In this document: positions 36,546 through 48,056 of the stretch, in pieces
Layout: each line of letters starts with the position of its first letter
How positions within the stretch are numbered: the stretch's first letter is position 1
From: Laetmonice hystrix
Lineage: Eukaryota
Length of the DNA stretch: 64,000 nucleotides
NCBI GenBank assembly: GCA_965235115.1
Contig: OZ249441.1
Coordinates: forward strand, 1,860,001 to 1,924,000
Direction of reading: 5' to 3'
Program-made: the position numbers and the translations under genes
The notes under the pieces: model-generated
The model's input: only the letters and a program-made list of their open reading frames with translations
Databases searched by the model: none
What the model was told of the DNA's origin: nothing

Positions 36546-37157
36546 TAACTGTTGCCCATATCAGGTCAGGGATTTACTAACTGTTGCCCATATCAGGTCA
36601 GGGATTTACTAACTGTTGCCCATATCAGGTCAGGGATTTACTAACTGTTGCCCATATCAGGTCAGGGATTTACTAACTGTTGCCCATATCAGGTCAGGGA
36701 TTTACTAACTGTTGCCCATATCAGGTCAGGGATTTACTAACTGTTGCCCATATCAGGTCAGGGATTTACTAACTGTTGACCATATCAGGTCAGGGATTTA
36801 CTAACTGTTGCCCATATCAGGTCAGGGATTTACTAACTGTTGCCCATATCAGGTCAGGGATTTACTAACTGTTGCCCATATCAGGTCAGGGATTTACTAA
36901 CTGTTGCCCATATCAGGTCAGGGATTTACTAACTGTTGCCCATATCAGGTCAGGGATTTACTAACTGTTGCCCATATCAGGTCATGGATTTACTAACTGT
37001 TGCCCATATCAGGTCAGGGATTTACTAACTGTTGCCCATATCAGGTCAGGGATTTACTAACTGTTGCCCATATCTAGGTCAAGGATTTACTAACTGTTGC
37101 CCATATCAGGTCAGGGATTTACTAACTGTTGCCCATATCAGGTCAGGGATTTACTAG
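36546..37157. repeat. 32-bp minisatellite, ~19 copies
   Basis: Unit aactgttgcccatatcaggtcagggatttact. Confidence 0.95.
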
Positions 37158-37300
37158 GCCTTACCTTACACCAACATATAACCAACACTTGGATTTATTA
37201 ATTGAAGTCGACACCTTGCAATGAGATAATCAAGCCACTGGACCGCGTTTAATTGATTAGTAAGTCATGCCAGGCTTCCATTAATACGGACATCCTATTT

Positions 37301-38092
37301 ATACCCTCCACATATCTGACCTCTAAAACTGGTATACCCTCCACATATCTGACCTCTAAAACTGGTATACCCTCCACATATCTGACCTCTAAAACTGGTA
37401 TACCCTCCACATATCTGACCTCTAAAACTGGTATACCCTCCACATATCTGACCTCTAAAACTGGTATACCCTCCACATATCTGACCTCTAAAACTGGTAT
37501 ACCCTTCACATATCTGACCTCTAAAACTGGCATACCCTCCACATATCTGACCTCTAAAACTGGTATACCCTCCACATATCTGACCTCTAAAACTGGTATA
37601 CCCTCCACATATCTGACCTCTAAAACTGGTATACCCTCCCCATATCTGACCTCTAAAACTGGTATACCCTCCACATATCTGACCTCTAAAACTGGTATAC
37701 CCTCCACATATCTGACCTCTAAAACTGGTATACCCTCCACATATCTGACCTCTAAAACTGGTATACCCTCCACATATCTGACCTCTAAAACTGGTATACC
37801 CTCCACATATCTGACCTCTAAAACTGGTATACCCTCCACATATCTGACCTCTAAAACTGGTATACCCTCCACATATCTGACCTCTAAAACTGGTATACCC
37901 TCCACATATCTGACCTCTAAAACTGGTATACCCTCCACATATCTGACCTCTAAAACTGGTATACCCTTCACATATCTGACCTCTAAAACTGGCATACCCT
38001 CCACATATCTGACCTCTAAAACTGGTATACCCTCCACATATTGGACCTCTAAAACTGGTGTATCCTCCACATATCTGACCTCTAAAACTGGA
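37301..38092. repeat. 33-bp minisatellite, ~24 copies
   Basis: Unit ataccctccacatatctgacctctaaaactggt. Confidence 0.95.
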
Positions 38093-39245
38093 ACGTATAG
38101 CCTTGCGCAATTGCTAAAAACCATAGTATTCACCGGCAAAACTGCAATATACTACTAGGCCTACATATCGAGTTCTAAATGTACATATATGGGGTCTGAT
38201 ATTCATTGATTGCGCATGCCCTTCAAAAAGTGCCCAATTCCAACTACCTGACTAAACCTACTTATCTTGTAATCGGCGGTAAGTAAGAGAGCCAGGTCAA
38301 GTATCCGATCAAAGTGAAGACAAGTAAGGAGAGACGTAGACGAGGACATCGGAAAGGTTGCAGTGAGGCGCCGGGCCTCAGGCCGTTAATCCCACTCCGT
38401 GGAGCACTTAGGTGGCTACATTTACAAAGGCTTATCCCCTGTCAGGATTTCCCGTTTTCCCGGATCTTCATCACTGATTCAAATGTGAACTTTCGCTGTC
38501 GTAAACAAAAGTAACCTTCCTAATCTAATCAAATCTCTGATCCCTTACTGAATTCTCTTTAAAATAATAATAAAATCATAAAATAATATATTATTAAACG
38601 TCGGAGAACACGTCGAATAGGCCTATCATTGAATCAAAAACCTTATCGAATGATGGCATTAGCAAATAATACTAGATTGTTCGATAATAGGTACCCGAGG
38701 CTGGCCCAGCGAGGCCTACCTTGGTGCAATGACTAGAATTGGTGTGGTGTGGCCAACATTTTTATTTCGTTGTTTCCAAAGTGGCTTGCCTGACCCCCGC
38801 GAATTAACACTATGGTGTTGGGCATGGGTCTGTGGAATCAAAACCAAAACATTTTTATATAAATGAAGTAACTCTATTTACAAAATCCGTTTGCTCAACC
38901 GTGTATTGTATTTTACAATGACAAAAGTTCTTGATAAAGTTCTGAGGCACGTAATCGTTTCGCCTTTTTTCATACTCTCTAGACTCCACAACATTCCGTC
39001 AGGTAGGAGCCAGACATACAACCGTAGGGCACATTAAGGGTACTTGTGTAGGTCGTATAAAACACTTAACTCGTCATTAGTCAGGATGGTCAAACTTTTC
39101 TTACTCTAGGTGTCTATGTGACGCAGGTTTCATTCTTAGAGCTTGTACTCATAACCGGTCATAACCGGTCATAACCGGTCAGATCCGGTCATTTCATACC
39201 AAGGGTTCAAATAACGGGTAATCATAGACCAAGCGAACATGAATC

Positions 39246-40995
39246 TTATGTTTTGGAATTCGTCATCAAATGTGGTGCACATTTCCTTAGGCATTTAAGA
39301 GACGGGGGCCGAAGGTGTCTACACAGTTCAGTGTAGCACTGGCTGAATAAGAGTAGTGCCGACCTCTTTCTATCATAACCATAGTTCATGGGGTCCACCC
39401 AGCGTTTGTCTCGGTTTTTGAGCTCTGATTTGCAGTTAGCGCAGTCCGTGTTTCCGAGGTTTCCACAGAAGACGTCGTCGCATCCGTTTCCAAGCGTTCG
39501 GACAACTTCCGGTTTGACGTGATCGGATTCGGTTTCGCCCACCAGATCCGACTTGGATTTAAAGTCTGATAGGTCTCCATCGAGCCAAGGTTTCGCGAGT
39601 GCCCGTTTCCCCTTCGCGAATTGGGACGCGTCTAGCCAACGTTTGTTTGCGTTCTCGTTGTTTCCCGTTGTTTCTTTAATGCGTTCCTGGCCGTTTTCGT
39701 TGTCGTTAACTTGTTCGTCGTCTGCGTTGTCTTCATTGGACTGATAATGGTCGATCAAGCGTTTCTCATTATGTCCGCGGTCGGTGGCGCTGACGTCTTT
39801 GCCATGACGTCCATAGTGTGACGGATCTAACCAGCGTTTGGAGGTCACCATGTCATTGTCCCCGTCAGAATCATCACCGAACGCTGCTTCTCGATCGTCT
39901 CGTTTGAAATGTAACGAATCCAGCCAACGTTTTTCATTCAGGAGTTGATGGTCGCCCACCCAGACTTTCTCGGGTTCACCATTGAGAGGGACTACCGATT
40001 TCTTATCGAACTGGGATGAGTCTATCCATTTCTTATCATTGAAATGAGAGGAATCTATCCATTTCTTATCCAGGTGGGATGCTCCGAATCTTTTCTTGTT
40101 TTTGAAATGGGAGGAGTCGAGCCATCGTTTGTCAAAATGTGAAGAATCAATCCATTTTTTATCGAACTGAGAAGAATCAATCCATTTCTTATTGAATTGA
40201 GAAGAATCGATCCACTTCTTATCGAACTGAGAAGAATCAATCCATTTTTTATCGAACTGGGAAGAATCAATCCATTTTTTATCGAACTGGGAAGAATCAA
40301 TCCATTTTTTATCGAACTGGGAAGAATCAATCCATTTTTTATCGAACTGGGAAGAATCAATCCATTTTTTATCGAACTGGGAAGAATCAATCCATTTTTT
40401 ATCAATCTGGCGGTTTGGATTTAACAGCTTACCGTTCTTCACGTCTTTAGCATCAAGCCACTTTTTTTCATTGTAATGTGAGGCATCTAGCCATCGTTTG
40501 TCAAAATGCGATGCGTCAAGCCATTTCTTATCATTGTAATGGGCAGAATCTCTCCATTTCTTTTGGAATTGAGTTGCGTCGACCCATCTTTTGTTAAAAT
40601 GGGACGAATCCAACTTCTTGTCAAATTGAGAGGAGTCAATCCACTTCTTTCCGAACTGGGACGAATCAATCCACCTTTTACGAAACTGGGATGAATCAAT
40701 CCACTTTTTACGAAACTGGGATGAATCAATCCACTTTTTGCCAAATTGAGAGGAGTCAATCCATTTTTTCCCAAACTGGGAGGAATCAATCCATCTTTTG
40801 CCGAACTGGGATGAGTCAATCCACTTCTTGAACAGGCCACCCTCTCGAGGAGAACTAGTCCATGCCTTAATTAACTTCAAGTTGCCGGATCGACATGACC
40901 TGAGCACGCAGAGAACACGTGCATAGCCTTCCTTCCCGACCGGGCATTGTTGGCGTGCACACTCATGGAACTGACCGGCTGGCCTGGCGTTGGAC
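39246..40995 (-). CDS. Multi-copy neuropeptide precursor, main (last) coding exon; WIDSSQF/WLD-type peptides
   Basis: Acceptor ttgtctctgtctattcag|G at 40996/40995, with an open frame to TAA at 39246. About 30 peptides are flanked by KK/KR/RKR, some with Gly amidation donors, separated by acidic spacers, with Cys modules. Many synonymous differences among identical peptide copies indicate coding constraint. Confidence 0.9.
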
Positions 40996-41783
40996 CTGAA
41001 TAGACAGAGACAACGTGTAAACTTATTAGACAGGATTCCGTTAACACCTTCTGTCGGTGTCTGCAGTGATTGTAACACAGCTTTGTCGTAATCCTTACGA
41101 TCGACAAATACAAACGACGTACAAAGGCTGCCACCACCTTGCCATTAGACTTTTCATGGAATATTTAACATGTTTCGAATCGATACATATTTTCAAAACG
41201 TTAAAACCAGTTGTTTTAATGAGGCTAGATCCCTCTATATTTCGCAAGTTTTAGTAACGGAGAACTGCGGTTTGTACATGGAAAACAGCTCGTCTCTTGT
41301 CATGGCGAGCATTATGATAAGGGCACCGCGGGCGCTAAACCTCATTCATGGCTATTTGCCTCCAAATGAGCTCATCTGAAGGAAGCTGGCCGCGTAATGG
41401 CTGCCTCCATTGCGAGACCTTTCAACTCATAACTTTTGATGGGGGTGAATGGGTACCTGTAATTTACTTCTAACAAGAGTTATATTGTTAGCGGTTTAAA
41501 GAGACAGTTTACCATTCGAGAGAGAAATGCTGCCGATTTCAAGGACGTAAGATTTGATGAGTGAGAGATAGATTCTAGTAGGCTATATCTCCGCGATAAT
41601 TCGGCACCAGTAAATAGTCGAGAGGCTGGGTATATCTTTCGTTCTTCTAATTCGTTTCATCTGATCCCCAATTCGCATGACATATGAGACGATCATTACT
41701 TATCAAAACTTTGTGGTTAAAGTTTACTTGTACCAGAGTAAGCCACTATTCCCTTTTAACATCCTGAAGGCGAAATCTGTGAC

Positions 41784-42424
41784 GTCGAGGGCCATAAAGT
41801 ACATCAGATCTGTAAACACCATCTCTATATACAATAACATTAGACAGATGTCTATGGGTTAAGTGATACGTCGAGGGCCATACAGTACATTTGTAAACAC
41901 CATCTCTATATACAATAACATTAGACAGATGTCTATGGGTTAAGTGATACGTCGAGGGCCATACAGTACATTTGTAAACACCATCTCTATATACAATAAC
42001 ATTAGACAGATGTCTATGGGTTAAGTGATACGTCGAGGGCCATACAGTACATTTGTAAACACCATCTCTATATACAATAACATTAGACAGATGTCTATGG
42101 GTTAAGTGATACGTCGAGGGCCATACAGTACATTTGTAAACACCATCTCTATATACAATAACATTAGACAGATGTCTATGGGTTAAGTGATACGTCGAGG
42201 GCCATAAAGTACATGTGTAAACACCATCTCTATATACAATAACATTAGGCAGATGTCTATGGGTTAAGTGATACGTCGAGGGCCATACAGTACATCTGTA
42301 AACACCATCTCTATATACAATAACATTAGGCAGATGTCTATGGGTTAAGTGATACGTCGAGGGCCATACAGTACATTTGTAAACACCATCTGTACACAAA
42401 ACATTAGGCAGATGTCTATGGGTT
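41784..42424. repeat. 81-bp minisatellite, ~8 copies
   Basis: Unit gtcgagggccatacagtacatttgtaaacaccatctctatatacaataacattagacagatgtctatgggttaagtgatac. Confidence 0.92.
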
Positions 42425-45400
42425 AAAGGAAGCTTATTAACGACCGCCCTAACAATGCTAACGCGGTCATGGCGGTCGTTCTCGGTTCTCAGTCCATTGA
42501 GATGAAAAATATGGGATGTATCGCCTCATTATGGCTCATAATCAACAACAGACCGAACACAACAATGTTATGGATACGACAGAATGTTTTATCAGTCCAG
42601 TGAGATAGATTCAAGATCAGGTAAGCTTGAAATACGCGGATTCGTAGGAGATGGGGACAAAACTCGGCGGCCGCGTATAGGTGATCGGTTACCTTTAAGT
42701 GATCATAAGACAAGAGGTTTCCTTCTCATTCTCTCGGCAGGTACCGGGAATGTACCGGGAATGTACCGGGAATGACGAAGACGCTGTTCGGAAATGGACA
42801 TCATTACGATACGGGAAGGAAGCCGGATGTAGACTGAAATCACCCGCGTGGAAACGGCCGGCCACGTACCGACATCGACCATCTCCTAACACATTTACCA
42901 CAGTATACGTGGACACTTAGCCTTTATAATACCGTGTACGAGGAGCTGGATTCATTCTTCAATTTGTACTGGCTACTCTTCCCACTGAGGAATCCTTATA
43001 CCACAACACCTTGATCAGTTTATTCGAGATGGGTGAGATTGTTCATATTACAATATTTAGAGGCCATGTATTTTGTTATACTAACATGTTACAATATTTA
43101 GAGGCCGTATATTTTGTTATACTAACAGGTCTGACTAGCATTATAATCCCTCTCCAAGCTTCCCTAGAACATGCATGCTGATCATAAACCGTTAAATATA
43201 TTTCATGCCGGCAGAAGTGCATGCATTCGGAATTTAAAGCGCCATATTACTTCGATAGTTCACAATCATGTGCCACTCTTGTCCCAGGCATTACAATACC
43301 ATTTTTGACAACATTAAGCCGTATGAATTCTCATAATGTCTTTAAATCTTAGCAGCAGAACACCACTCCGATCTAATCATTTCTCCACACACAGAAGATC
43401 AACCCCCCGGCGGTAATGTAAACTCCTATCCTTTACATCAGCACTGTATTAATTTAATCAGTGGATAATTAATCGTATAAAAGAATAGGAACAATTGAAG
43501 CTGGCACACATGTGTAAGTAGTAGCTGATGTTGCTGCCACATATGTTCAATAACTTCGGTTAAGTACGATATAGGAAAATCATGGCTGGCGTTTTGGCGC
43601 TCGGGAAAAAAAGTCAGAGTTTAACGAAACTTTCCTGCTAAGTAATATCAGAACAACAAAAACACCATCTGAGTGACTTTAGTTCAAACAATCTGTGATA
43701 ATTCCATGAGGTAACATTAACGGCTGTCGTCATTTGAGACGGATTAATATTTTCGTCTGATTCCTGACGTTTGAGTTCCACCTCTTTAATCAATGATCTG
43801 AGACGAAACATTTCGTGTGACGCTGGCACAACAGATCAGCGAGCAGCTGGTGGGCCTTTACAAACTATCGCACAGCCCAACATGAATACGTTCACATTTT
43901 GTGGACAGGATTTGTGACAAAGACTTCAGAGGCTTCCTGCTTAACAACCATGTATAGTAGTGGAGATAATTCAACTGCACAATAAAAAAAGGGATTGAAA
44001 GGCATATTGACATTCGCCGCATGCTTTGTACTCTAAGGTCGTTCGTAAAACGGAATCTTTCCAAATTATGGTAAATCATATCGAATATCCGACGTCGTAA
44101 GGAAGGCGCGCTCCGGTTTAAAAGATCTCTTTCTTCACAATGACGTTCCCCTTGTATAGCGAGACTTTATTAGGCAGTTAGTACACCTTGTGGTTATTTA
44201 CTGCTATTGACAACCACATTTCAGTGTATTAGATACTGATATGACCGATGATTAGGTTTCTAACAGGCATGTTATTCAATCACGCCGGCTTCCACTGAAC
44301 GTAATGAATGTTTTCTCTGTCAATTCTGGATTTGGTCAGCGAGTTGAAGGGTCAATGACAAGCTTGTGTCTTGACGCTCCAGTTTTGATGGCTGTGGAGC
44401 TGTCGCGCACTGATGACAAGAGCGTTTTTATGAGCACAACCTTTGACAGCCAGAAAATGAAATCATTCATAAGAATAATCGTAAAATTCTCAATGGGCAC
44501 TTTATACATTGTTACGGGTGAACATTACAGAGAATAACATCCTTCCTCGTGCAATATTGACCTTTGTTTAAAAGTGGGTAAACTTCCCTTTGTACATTTT
44601 ACACATCGCTGACAGCGCAGGAGTATTTGGGTGTTTCCTTCCTGTTCTAACTCTTACCATCTGCCATTTCGCAAGCTTTTGCCAATAAAGATACTCCATA
44701 CACCATTGGGTTTTGTAGCCTTATTGTGACGGAGGCTATTGTTCATGAGACATCCCTGTGACGAGAAACAGTGAATTTGGATGGCGATGAGTCATCGATT
44801 GGTTCCGGGCTTCCGCGACATATGTGCTTATATACAGATGAACTCCACGTGCATGGAATTCGTTTTGCTGTCATGATAATAACGTCTACATGTGGCTCGC
44901 TATAATTCAATTAATACAAACAACTTCTGTGAAACATATCGGTAAGTTTCTTAACAAAAATATGCCTGCGTGAATGGCTCGATTTTCTCCGTATAGGACA
45001 TAATCATCTTCATCGTCGTGTCTTGCTTTCCTTTTCGAAGTAACGTTATAAAACAAGTGCAACTTTTTGTCGCGACAAAAATGTTGATTACACTTGCGTG
45101 ATGAGGTATAAAATTATCATTTTCATGTTACAAATCGGATTGGCTTAACGTAAGTTATTTCGTGGGAGCGAGCCGAGACCCACATACACAAGGCGCCAAG
45201 TGACTTCGTTTGGTGACTATGACAGGGATTCATTGTGTTAGAAAAGTATCTTTTACTGTTGTTCTAACCGTCTGCACCTCTGAAGCCAGATGTGTAATGG
45301 CAAAGATAGTACTTCATTCAGGTAAGCAGGTCATGGTGTTTGAAATACCGGCTACTAACATCTCAAACAAACCTCAGCCCACGAACAGTGACCATCCATG

Positions 45401-46654
45401 TATACCAACCTGATGATAGGCAGCGTACGGAAACAGCTGGCGTTAAACAAACCGGACATTGTGGCCTGTAACACGCTCAACCACTACTCGTCCCCGTCTG
45501 TGGTCGTAAAGAGATATCATCAAGTTGTAGAAACCATTAGGATTTCCATAATTTCCTATCAAGAATTAGGAAACCTTACACACGCTCACACAATCAGCCG
45601 TTGGCGGCGATGGTCACCACTTCGTACCCAGCCTCGCTCTCACACTCACGCAACCCGCCACTCTCTGTATCCATGGCAATCAAATATTTGCTGTGGAATC
45701 GGATCCTTCCCCTGGGATTAGTGTCTGATCAATTGAGGGGGTTCTCACCAACGCTACAATTATTGCCGTGAAATCCTTGCCAAATGAAAACAACTATGCA
45801 TAGTTTGGCTGTACAGGTCCTTTGGTTTGTACAAATTTTCCTGACGATTCTATCTTTGTGACCTCACTGGACAGGTTGAAAAAACGAGTTTATCCTGTTG
45901 GTTGATAGAGCTGTTCGTGGTGTTCGGCAACGTTCTGCCCAGCGGATCGGTCATTTCAGCCGTTAAACGCGAACAAAATTACCGTCACAATGCCCTAATT
46001 ATGTGAGGTGTGACCATTCACCTGTACGACCCTTATCAACGGTGCAGTTTAATAAAGGTTGAAAGCATGCTAACGTGAACCCGTCGTTAGGCTGAACGGA
46101 TAACGTCATTACATGACAACTTCACCATGGCAACAACACAGACGCGCTGAGGAACGCTATTACTTCCGGTTGTGGAGAGGTATAGCTTTGTTAAAATGTG
46201 CCTGTGGACGGCCCTGAGAGACGACCGAAATATAATGACGAACGCTCAGTTTAGATTTACTCCTGATGTGATAATTAATATCAACTGAATTATATGCCGC
46301 CAGGGATGGAAATGAAGGTCGTCTGTAATTATCTAGCCGTGCACTTCTCGCGAGATAACGTCTTAACCAACACTGCAGATTGCAACGTAAAGTGCACGTT
46401 ATAATAACATACATGGTGGTTTGAATCTTGTGAACATTTCTGTGAGAGGGAATCAGTGTCTCCTCAGTTTCACACGACAGTCGAACAGCCTGGAACAGTT
46501 TGTAATCATCACCTCATCAATCTGGTCTGAGTGGGTGAAACCGACTTGTTCTCGCCCTGAATGTGACCAACCATTACCGACAGGTCGTGAACAACCCATC
46601 AACTTCACCACTACCACGCTCTTCTTGTCGCGAATGTTTCAAGAACCAGACCGT

Positions 46655-47200
46655 ATGATGCTAAGTACAGAAGAACTACATAGGCAATATGGTATACAAT
46701 ATCTTGATGTCAGACGAAATCAACACCTCCTGTATCACATGTATAGATGTTCAAACAACCCACTGTTGCTCAAGGACGGCACACAAGGCATCCAATCACG
46801 TGCCAGTAAAAAGATCAGATTTGAAATCGACAGACCAAAAAAAGCACTGTACTTCCGTTGCCCAATGTACAGAGGAACAAAAGCCTGGGACAACCTCTCT
46901 ATAGAAACGCAAACTGCAGTATCCCTACCGTATTTCAAGCGTAACATACGGACTAATACTTAATCCAACTCATATAGTCCGTGTCATCATGTACCTATAT
47001 ATATACGTGTAATAAGTGAAACTGTGTATATATACACCTAGGTATCTATGATACAGCATAAGGGTGACGATACTAAGCAAGGCAAATGTATTCATCATTA
47101 CACTAACATGTTTCTTACACGTTAATGATTCATATGTTGATGTATACCAGCAGTGAAAATCATATGTAAAGTGTGACTGCTGAAGACCTAATAAAAAAAA
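46655..47200 (+). mobile_element. 5'-truncated non-LTR retrotransposon (LINE ORF2 C-terminus, 3' UTR and A tail)
   Basis: STEELHRQYGIQYLDVRRNQHLLYHMY...RASKKIRF...PMYRGTKAWDNLSIETQTAVSLPYFKRNI resembles the post-RT C-terminal region of CR1/L2-like LINEs; it ends in aataaaaaaaa at ~47190-47200. Confidence 0.6.
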
Positions 47201-47296
47201 CAGAGAACGGAGGAGAGCGGATAAGAGAGTGATACTCTTAATTTGGTTTTGATTACAGCGATAATATTTTCTCTCATTATTTAATTATCATTGGAG

Positions 47297-47420
47297 GCCT
47301 TTCGTTTTCAAGCTGCACACGGATGCACCTTTCGTTTTCAAGCTGCACAAGGATGCACCTTTCGTTTTCAAGCTGCACAAGGATGCACCTTTCGTTTTCA
47401 AGCTGCACAAGGATGCACCT
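47297..47420. repeat. 30-bp tandem repeat x4
   Basis: gcacctttcgttttcaagctgcacaaggat. Confidence 0.85.
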
Positions 47421-48011
47421 CGCGTTTCCGTTTGGAGTACTTTCATTAAGTGCATAACATGGGTCCTTGAGGACAAAACTATTCTATTCCTAATATTCAT
47501 TTCTAAAGAGCTTGCAAATTATTTATTTCATTTTCCATTTTTGACATCCCGTCATATTTCACCTAGGCCTAAGATCAACTAGCATGATCTTATCAATGAA
47601 CCCCATCGTTGTCATAGTGATCCATGTATACGTCACCATTAAATATTATCTCTTTCTTGGCGGACAGACCTCTGGCGTTCTTTAGCAGAGAGATACTTTA
47701 TTCCCAACTGACCCTTTAATTTTAAATGCCGCCTGTTTACTCTACCTCCGTCAAGAACACAGTTCTGTGACTTCTTGACCGCACACTGCTGTGTATTAAA
47801 GTTTAGCCATTACTGTGCCTGGCGCCTCATGCCGCTCGCCATCCGGTACTGCTGTGAGAAAAGTACTTTGCGAGAAATCTCCATGCCTCGGAACTACCGG
47901 GGCCGGATCCCCAGACCATTACTCCATCCAACTTCTTTTCCTGGATCCGATGATAAGGGGAGAGCATTGAAGCCGGCCACGGTCACAATGGGCAAGGTGG
48001 CAATGGTAGAC

Positions 48012-48056
48012 CTCCTCCTCCTCCTCCTCCTCCTCCTCCTCCTCCTCCTCCTCCTC
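48012..48056. repeat. (CCT)n microsatellite
   Basis: Direct inspection. Confidence 0.9.

Noticed and set aside
37249-38158. ~300-aa ORFs on both strands (IPSTYLTSKTG / VEGIPVLEVRY repeats)
   Set aside because: A 33-bp satellite open on both strands, with no signal peptide, splice context or synonymous-site variation pattern.
40996-41078. ORF-track start MLQSLQTPTEG as the precursor N-terminus
   Set aside because: It is not hydrophobic and overlaps a clear polypyrimidine-CAG acceptor; the upstream signal-peptide exons fit better.
41746-42399. 217-aa repeat ORF in the neuropeptide intron
   Set aside because: An 81-bp satellite with no convincing splice sites or processing motifs.
42600-45330. 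Three strong plus-strand GTAAG donors suggesting an antisense spliced transcript
   Set aside because: This number is compatible with chance in 3 kb of AT-rich DNA, and there is no coherent exon chain.
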